A stretch of DNA of 64,000 nucleotides from Promethearchaeia archaeon. GTDB taxonomy: Archaea > Asgardarchaeota > Lokiarchaeia > Sigyniarchaeales > SOKP01. Position 1 is the first letter of the stretch, and each line of letters begins with the position of its first letter. Where the stretch lies: contig JAWOCD010000011.1 of assembly GCA_046483985.1 (NCBI GenBank), positions 1 through 64,000 of the forward strand. Direction: 5' to 3'. A model generated the notes under the pieces. It worked only from the letters and a program-made list of their open reading frames with translations, searched no databases and was not told where the DNA came from. Both the position numbers and the translations under genes were made by a program. Positions 59,287-64,000 of the stretch are shown here, in pieces.

Positions 59287-61170
59287 ATGGTAACAAAGTT
59301 TCCGAAAACAGAGGAAGATTTAAGGCGAAAGAGTATTAAAGTTCCAAAGTCTGAGCTTGACTTTTTTCGATTAGTTGATGCGCTCCCAGATGAGTGGTAT
59401 GTGTGGCATTCGGTCAAATGGTATAATGATGCTGATGCCCAATTAGGTGAGGCTGATTTCTTGGTCTTTCATCCAGAATACGGATTTATCGTGGTGGAAG
59501 CAAAGGGAGGGATCATTCATGTAAATGGAGGGGTATTTTCTCAACAAGACACTCATACCCTTAAAACCCATCGTCTTTCCAAGAGTCCGTTTAGTCAAGC
59601 AGAAAATACGATGTACCAATTCTTAAAACTTTACCAGAAGGCGGCAAAAGAACAAGAAAATCCTCGTCAATTCCTTAAAGAAGGGAAATATCAATTAAAA
59701 TTCCCATTAAATTTTGATTTTGCAGTCTTTTTTCCCCAAACGAAATTCAAAAAAGAATTTGAGTATTTACAATATCCCGATAAACGTATATTTGATGAAA
59801 CAGATGTTAAAAAGCAAAAGGAATGGAAAAATTCTGGTTCACAAAATAAGGCTTCTCCTTTGGAACAGTTTATTGTTAATCTTTTGGATACCCATAAACA
59901 TACTCGCGTCTTAAAACCACAGATAAAGTCATTTTTTCCAAGGTGGATCGGCTCTGATATACGCAGATCTATGAGTTTAGAGAAATATTATCAAATTCGA
60001 GCAGAAGAATTAGAGGAGATCAATGAGATTCAAGATTTTTTATTGAATGCTCTATCAGAAAAAAAACGGTGCATCTTTAAAGGAAGTGCGGGCTCTGGTA
60101 AAACCTATGTCGCCATGAAGAAAGCCATCCGAAATTATAAAAACGGAATAGAAACCTTATTTATCTGTTTTAACACCGAGCTCCGGGATTCTGTCCGCGG
60201 GTATATCACTGAACAATTGGAAAAACCTTATGAACGGCTTCAAGGAGACTTAGATATCTATTCTGTTAATGCATTTTTATATAAACTCATTGGAAAACTC
60301 TTTAATGAATACACCGCAAACAAGTTAAGAGACCATCTTGGCGAATTCGAATACGAACCAATTAGTAAGAAAATGGAGGAGAAGCGAGAGAGTTTACCGT
60401 TGAGCTATAAGTATAATGCGATTTTAGTCGATGAAGCTCAAGATATTGATAAGAGTCTCTGGAGTGTTTTGGAATACTTTCTAAAAGATTTTGACGAATC
60501 TTTATTTTATGTCTTTTATGACGGAGGGCAAGCAATCTTCATGGATGAGTTCAGCCCCGCACAATTCGGGATGGAGGAAAAATCAGATTTAATTCTGCTC
60601 GATCGAAACCTCAGAAATACCATTGAGATAGCAAAATATCTACAGCATAGAACCAAATTTGGAAAATATAAAGAATATTCGGGCATAAATGGCTTTAAAA
60701 TTTCAAAACTTTCAAGAAATTCAGCACGAGAAGCAATAATTTCTGCTGTAAACGTCATAAAGAAAGAACTTCTCGATGAAGGGATCGGGCCAGAAAAAGT
60801 CACAGTTCTCTCCAATTATAGATTACATACTTTAATCTCCGATTTAAATGAAAATGAATTTGGAGAATATCTTTGCTTTGGAGATCAATCAGAAGATGTT
60901 GACACGATGTTTTATCTATTCGAGCCGAAGAGTATTCATGAATTCCCTAAGATTAAAGACCATAAGGAGATTAAGAGTAAATGGATTATCCTATACAAAA
61001 CGATCAGCTCTTTTAAAGGTTTAGAAAGCGATATTGTTTTGCTTATTATCCCGAATATAGACGAATACAAGGAAATGAAGCCGAATCGATTTAAGAATTT
61101 TCTAATGCAAGTTTATGTCGGCGCTTCTCGGGCGAAATTTAAATTGTATATCGTTGAGTACGCTTTATGA
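59287..61170 (+). CDS. NERD nuclease fused to an SF1 (UvrD-like) helicase/ATPase
   Basis: GEADFLV..GFIVVEAKGG (NERD), GSAGSGKT, LVDEAQD, NLRNT, SFKGLE, YVGASRA. Confidence 0.9.
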   Translation: MVTKFPKTEEDLRRKSIKVPKSELDFFRLVDALPDEWYVWHSVKWYNDADAQLGEADFLVFHPEYGFIVVEAKGGIIHVNGGVFSQQDTHTLKTHRLSKSPFSQAENTMYQFLKLYQKAAKEQENPRQFLKEGKYQLKFPLNFDFAVFFPQTKFKKEFEYLQYPDKRIFDETDVKKQKEWKNSGSQNKASPLEQFIVNLLDTHKHTRVLKPQIKSFFPRWIGSDIRRSMSLEKYYQIRAEELEEINEIQDFLLNALSEKKRCIFKGSAGSGKTYVAMKKAIRNYKNGIETLFICFNTELRDSVRGYITEQLEKPYERLQGDLDIYSVNAFLYKLIGKLFNEYTANKLRDHLGEFEYEPISKKMEEKRESLPLSYKYNAILVDEAQDIDKSLWSVLEYFLKDFDESLFYVFYDGGQAIFMDEFSPAQFGMEEKSDLILLDRNLRNTIEIAKYLQHRTKFGKYKEYSGINGFKISKLSRNSAREAIISAVNVIKKELLDEGIGPEKVTVLSNYRLHTLISDLNENEFGEYLCFGDQSEDVDTMFYLFEPKSIHEFPKIKDHKEIKSKWIILYKTISSFKGLESDIVLLIIPNIDEYKEMKPNRFKNFLMQVYVGASRAKFKLYIVEYAL

Positions 61171-61386
61171 CAATTTTTCTTGTTTCCCTTTTCTACTCTC
61201 TGTATTTTATATTTATTAAGTTTGTTAAGTTAATAGAATTCAAATATTTGGTTACTTTACTTTTTATTACAATGAGAAATATTTTGAACTTTTCTTTTGA
61301 TTTCTTAATAAATTATTATCAGATTGACTCTAGGAATTTAAATACGTGCAAAATAATTAATAAATATACTATTTGAGGTAAAGAAA

Positions 61387-62565
61387 ATGAGCGAAGATGA
61401 TAAGGAATTTGAGGAGACATTAACTCTGGTGTCCCCAGAAGGTAAAATAAAATCTCCCATAAAGAACTGTATTAATTTCATCGAATCAGCAAAAAAAGAA
61501 TTTAAGATTGGAGATAAGCCATTTGTTTCAGGTACTGATGAGGAATCGTTTCCTATCGCCGAAAAACGCATTAAACGAATTCCTACATGTAAAGATATCC
61601 GGAAAGTTGGTTTTGTTGATGGAGGAAATGCCCCACTTATTAAAAGTGCAGATTTTAATGTCAGTCTAAATCGCGTAGCGGGAACAATATTTCGGTCATC
61701 CGAATTTATTCCCTTACAAGACATGCCTGAAGTGGTGGAATTTTATTCGGCAACTATTTTATCCCCCACAAAAGGCGGCGGAATGGAATTTCACACGAAA
61801 TTTTTTCCGCAAAATCCAGAAGATAAAATTTATCTCCCCAAAAAAGATATTAAAATCTCCATATCTGATGAATCGATAAGAGAACGTGGGTTTTTGCCGA
61901 GAATTGAACGCTTTGGAGGGATAGCACGTAGATTTGCGGAATGGTCTTATGCTAAAGAGTTAATTAAACGAGAATTGGATGAGAAGGATATTTTTGTACG
62001 AGACGGTTCACTGCAGACAGGATATAAAGATGAAATTCTTTTAGCAGAGCGCTTATATAAAAAAGCCAAACATAAAAATGTTTATGTCACTGGCATTTCC
62101 AAAACATGTCGACTTTTTACTACCAGAGGGGATTCGCTCATTTCTGCCGTCGATTATATCGCGAGCAATAAATATCCCAAGGAAAGATGGTATTTCCATC
62201 CAATATATAAAATCACTAAAGCGGATAACCAAGCTGACCTATATTTTGTAAAATTACACGCGCAGTCAGATTACCCATTCAGATTTGATATTTACTTAGA
62301 ACAATCTGAAAAGTTAGACCAGCAAGGACGTGAAAATATTATTTCCAATATCGCCACCACCGCGCAAGATTTATCCTTTCCTGGATATCCCTACGGCCTC
62401 ATTAAAGTGGACCAACTCTCACGAGTCGCATTTCGTGAATTAGATTCCTATAAAGTGATGCTGCTTTCCGAATTCCCCCAAGATATTTATGAAAATTTCA
62501 TTGTACCACGTGTACATTCTGTAAATGCACACGATTTAATAAATAAGGTTCGCATTAATAGATAG
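61387..62565 (+). CDS. nurA: NurA-family nuclease
   Basis: VGFVDGG, RRFAE, VRDGSL, GISKT, PGYPYGLIKVD; directly upstream of a HerA gene. Confidence 0.85.
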   Translation: MSEDDKEFEETLTLVSPEGKIKSPIKNCINFIESAKKEFKIGDKPFVSGTDEESFPIAEKRIKRIPTCKDIRKVGFVDGGNAPLIKSADFNVSLNRVAGTIFRSSEFIPLQDMPEVVEFYSATILSPTKGGGMEFHTKFFPQNPEDKIYLPKKDIKISISDESIRERGFLPRIERFGGIARRFAEWSYAKELIKRELDEKDIFVRDGSLQTGYKDEILLAERLYKKAKHKNVYVTGISKTCRLFTTRGDSLISAVDYIASNKYPKERWYFHPIYKITKADNQADLYFVKLHAQSDYPFRFDIYLEQSEKLDQQGRENIISNIATTAQDLSFPGYPYGLIKVDQLSRVAFRELDSYKVMLLSEFPQDIYENFIVPRVHSVNAHDLINKVRINR

Positions 62566-62646
62566 AGTTATTAAGAATTAAAATCATATTATTTCATTTA
62601 CAATAATCAAAATAAATAAAAACCAAAAAAAGAAATATTGAAGAAA

Positions 62647-64000
62647 ATGACAAAATTAGGAAAAAATATTGGACAATTCGTTTCTGGTTCCTTTGATAAA
62701 TTAATTTTACGGCAAAAGGCTGACCAAACCTTTGAAATTGGTCAATTATTAGTCGCCGGCACTGATCTTAAAAACTATTCGATTTATCAAATTAACGATT
62801 TGAAGTACGGCAGCCAAATTCCCGGCGATTCACTTGAATTAATGGCAGGATATCAGTTAGAACGGGAACACACCTCTTTCCAAATCTACGAACCCGAATT
62901 ACGTAATTACGTATTGGCAGAGGCAAAGGCTCTGGTGAAAGTGTCCTATGATCCAGAACGAGATGAACTAATTCCCGTCTTGCCGAAAACACTTCCCTCT
63001 TTTTTCCAAGCAGTTTGTGAACTTAATAATGACCACCTTTCATTTTTGAAAGAAAGGGAGCTGAAAAATCCAATTGGCATCGGAAAAGTTCGATCGGGTT
63101 CTCAAATTCTCGATACGGAGGTAAATTTAGAGGCTCGAGATGTTTTAACCCATCACATCCTCATTCCGGCAACGACTGGCAGGGGAAAATCAAATCTCGT
63201 CAAGGTAATGTTGTATAACATTTTAGAGAATGAAGACTGCGGAATACTGGTATTTGACGCTCATAATGAATATTATGACAGTCTCAAAGAACATCCAAAA
63301 AGCTCGGAATTTCTGAAATATTACTCTATCCGCGGAATTCCCGGTTCTCTCGATCTCAAATTTAATACAAAATTTATTCAACCCAGTCATATTCGGGGAG
63401 CAATTTCTCTTACCAATGCTCAACGACAAGCACTCACAGTATATCATCGAGATGCCAAGTCAAATGATGAAAATTGGATTAAAAATCTCTTTACCAAAGA
63501 CCTCTCCGAAAGGGGTGTCGCTACCAGTACGCAATCTGCATTAAGACGGAAAATAGGGATCTTACTACATATCAAAATGGAACCCAATGACACCGGAGTT
63601 GAGGAACCAATTGAAGGGGGAATATACCGATTTAGTGGCTATGAAACTACAGTAACAAGTATACTTGATGCATTGGAAGATGGCAAGACTGTAGTTGTTG
63701 ATACCTCATTACTAGGAGGGAACGAGGAAATATTCGTGGCTACCATCATTGTTGAGAAGCTTTTCGCACAATATAAAAATTATAAATTCAACGACCTATT
63801 AAAAAATTATCCGGTCATTTCTGTGGTGCTGGAAGAAGCTCCCCGGGTTATTGGGAAAAAGGTCTTGGAGGCGAAGGAAAATATTTTTGGCACGATTGCC
63901 AAAGAAGGGCGGAAATTTGATATTGGACTTATCGCAATTACGCAACTACCGAGCATCATCCCCCGCGAAATTTTAGCAAATATGAACACCAAAATTGTGT
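62647..64000 (+). CDS. herA: HerA-family ATPase/helicase (3' partial; absent from the ORF track)
   Basis: Frame from ATG 62647: MTKLGKNIGQFVSG (HAS-barrel-like), HILIPATTGRGKSN (Walker A), VLEEAPRV (Walker B), IAKEGRKF, ITQLPS. It stays in frame to the window end. Confidence 0.92.
   Translation, partial: MTKLGKNIGQFVSGSFDKLILRQKADQTFEIGQLLVAGTDLKNYSIYQINDLKYGSQIPGDSLELMAGYQLEREHTSFQIYEPELRNYVLAEAKALVKVSYDPERDELIPVLPKTLPSFFQAVCELNNDHLSFLKERELKNPIGIGKVRSGSQILDTEVNLEARDVLTHHILIPATTGRGKSNLVKVMLYNILENEDCGILVFDAHNEYYDSLKEHPKSSEFLKYYSIRGIPGSLDLKFNTKFIQPSHIRGAISLTNAQRQALTVYHRDAKSNDENWIKNLFTKDLSERGVATSTQSALRRKIGILLHIKMEPNDTGVEEPIEGGIYRFSGYETTVTSILDALEDGKTVVVDTSLLGGNEEIFVATIIVEKLFAQYKNYKFNDLLKNYPVISVVLEEAPRVIGKKVLEAKENIFGTIAKEGRKFDIGLIAITQLPSIIPREILANMNTKIV

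Noticed and set aside
61167-63992. Small ORFs 61167-61376, 61338-61724, 62792-62992, 63223-63447 and 63807-63992, and the many other antisense ORFs in the track
   Set aside because: They are shadows of well-supported genes or AT-rich spacer ORFs without motifs.

Overview
AT-rich archaeal window, most likely an Asgard archaeon of the Lokiarchaeia type. This is inferred from eukaryote-like signature proteins: a Rab-like GTPase, a tandem Roadblock protein, an MIT-TPR protein and an Rpn11/CSN5-like JAMM protein. In order, the window holds: (1) a partial SET-domain gene, deoxyhypusine synthase and pyruvoyl arginine decarboxylase; (2) a divergent locus with one catalytically intact MPN+ (JAMM) gene and two catalytically dead MPN- genes, followed by an AAA+/vWA chelatase-like gene and an ATP-grasp gene; (3) Roadblock, coiled-coil, 7TM and MIT-TPR genes plus assorted hydrolases; (4) a ~21 kb acyl-CoA/lipid catabolic cluster with six Cys-less thiolase-fold proteins (two duplicated DUF35-Ltp4-Ltp3-DUF35-like cassettes among them), SCP2, three CoA ligases, BKACE, FabK-like and SDR genes, interrupted by a 209-bp non-autonomous IS200/IS605-type element; (5) msrB, then a MoaD/ubiquitin-like protein ending in ...AGC-TGA-TGA followed by a eukaryote-type SECIS-like hairpin (candidate new selenoprotein); (6) a K+-independent membrane pyrophosphatase, a Trm9-like methyltransferase and a NERD-helicase/NurA/HerA block running off the end. 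Several intergenic spacers can be folded by hand into 100-160 nt multi-stem RNAs. No rRNA, tRNA or CRISPR array was recognised. All assignments come from reading motifs by eye; no searches or folding programs were run.
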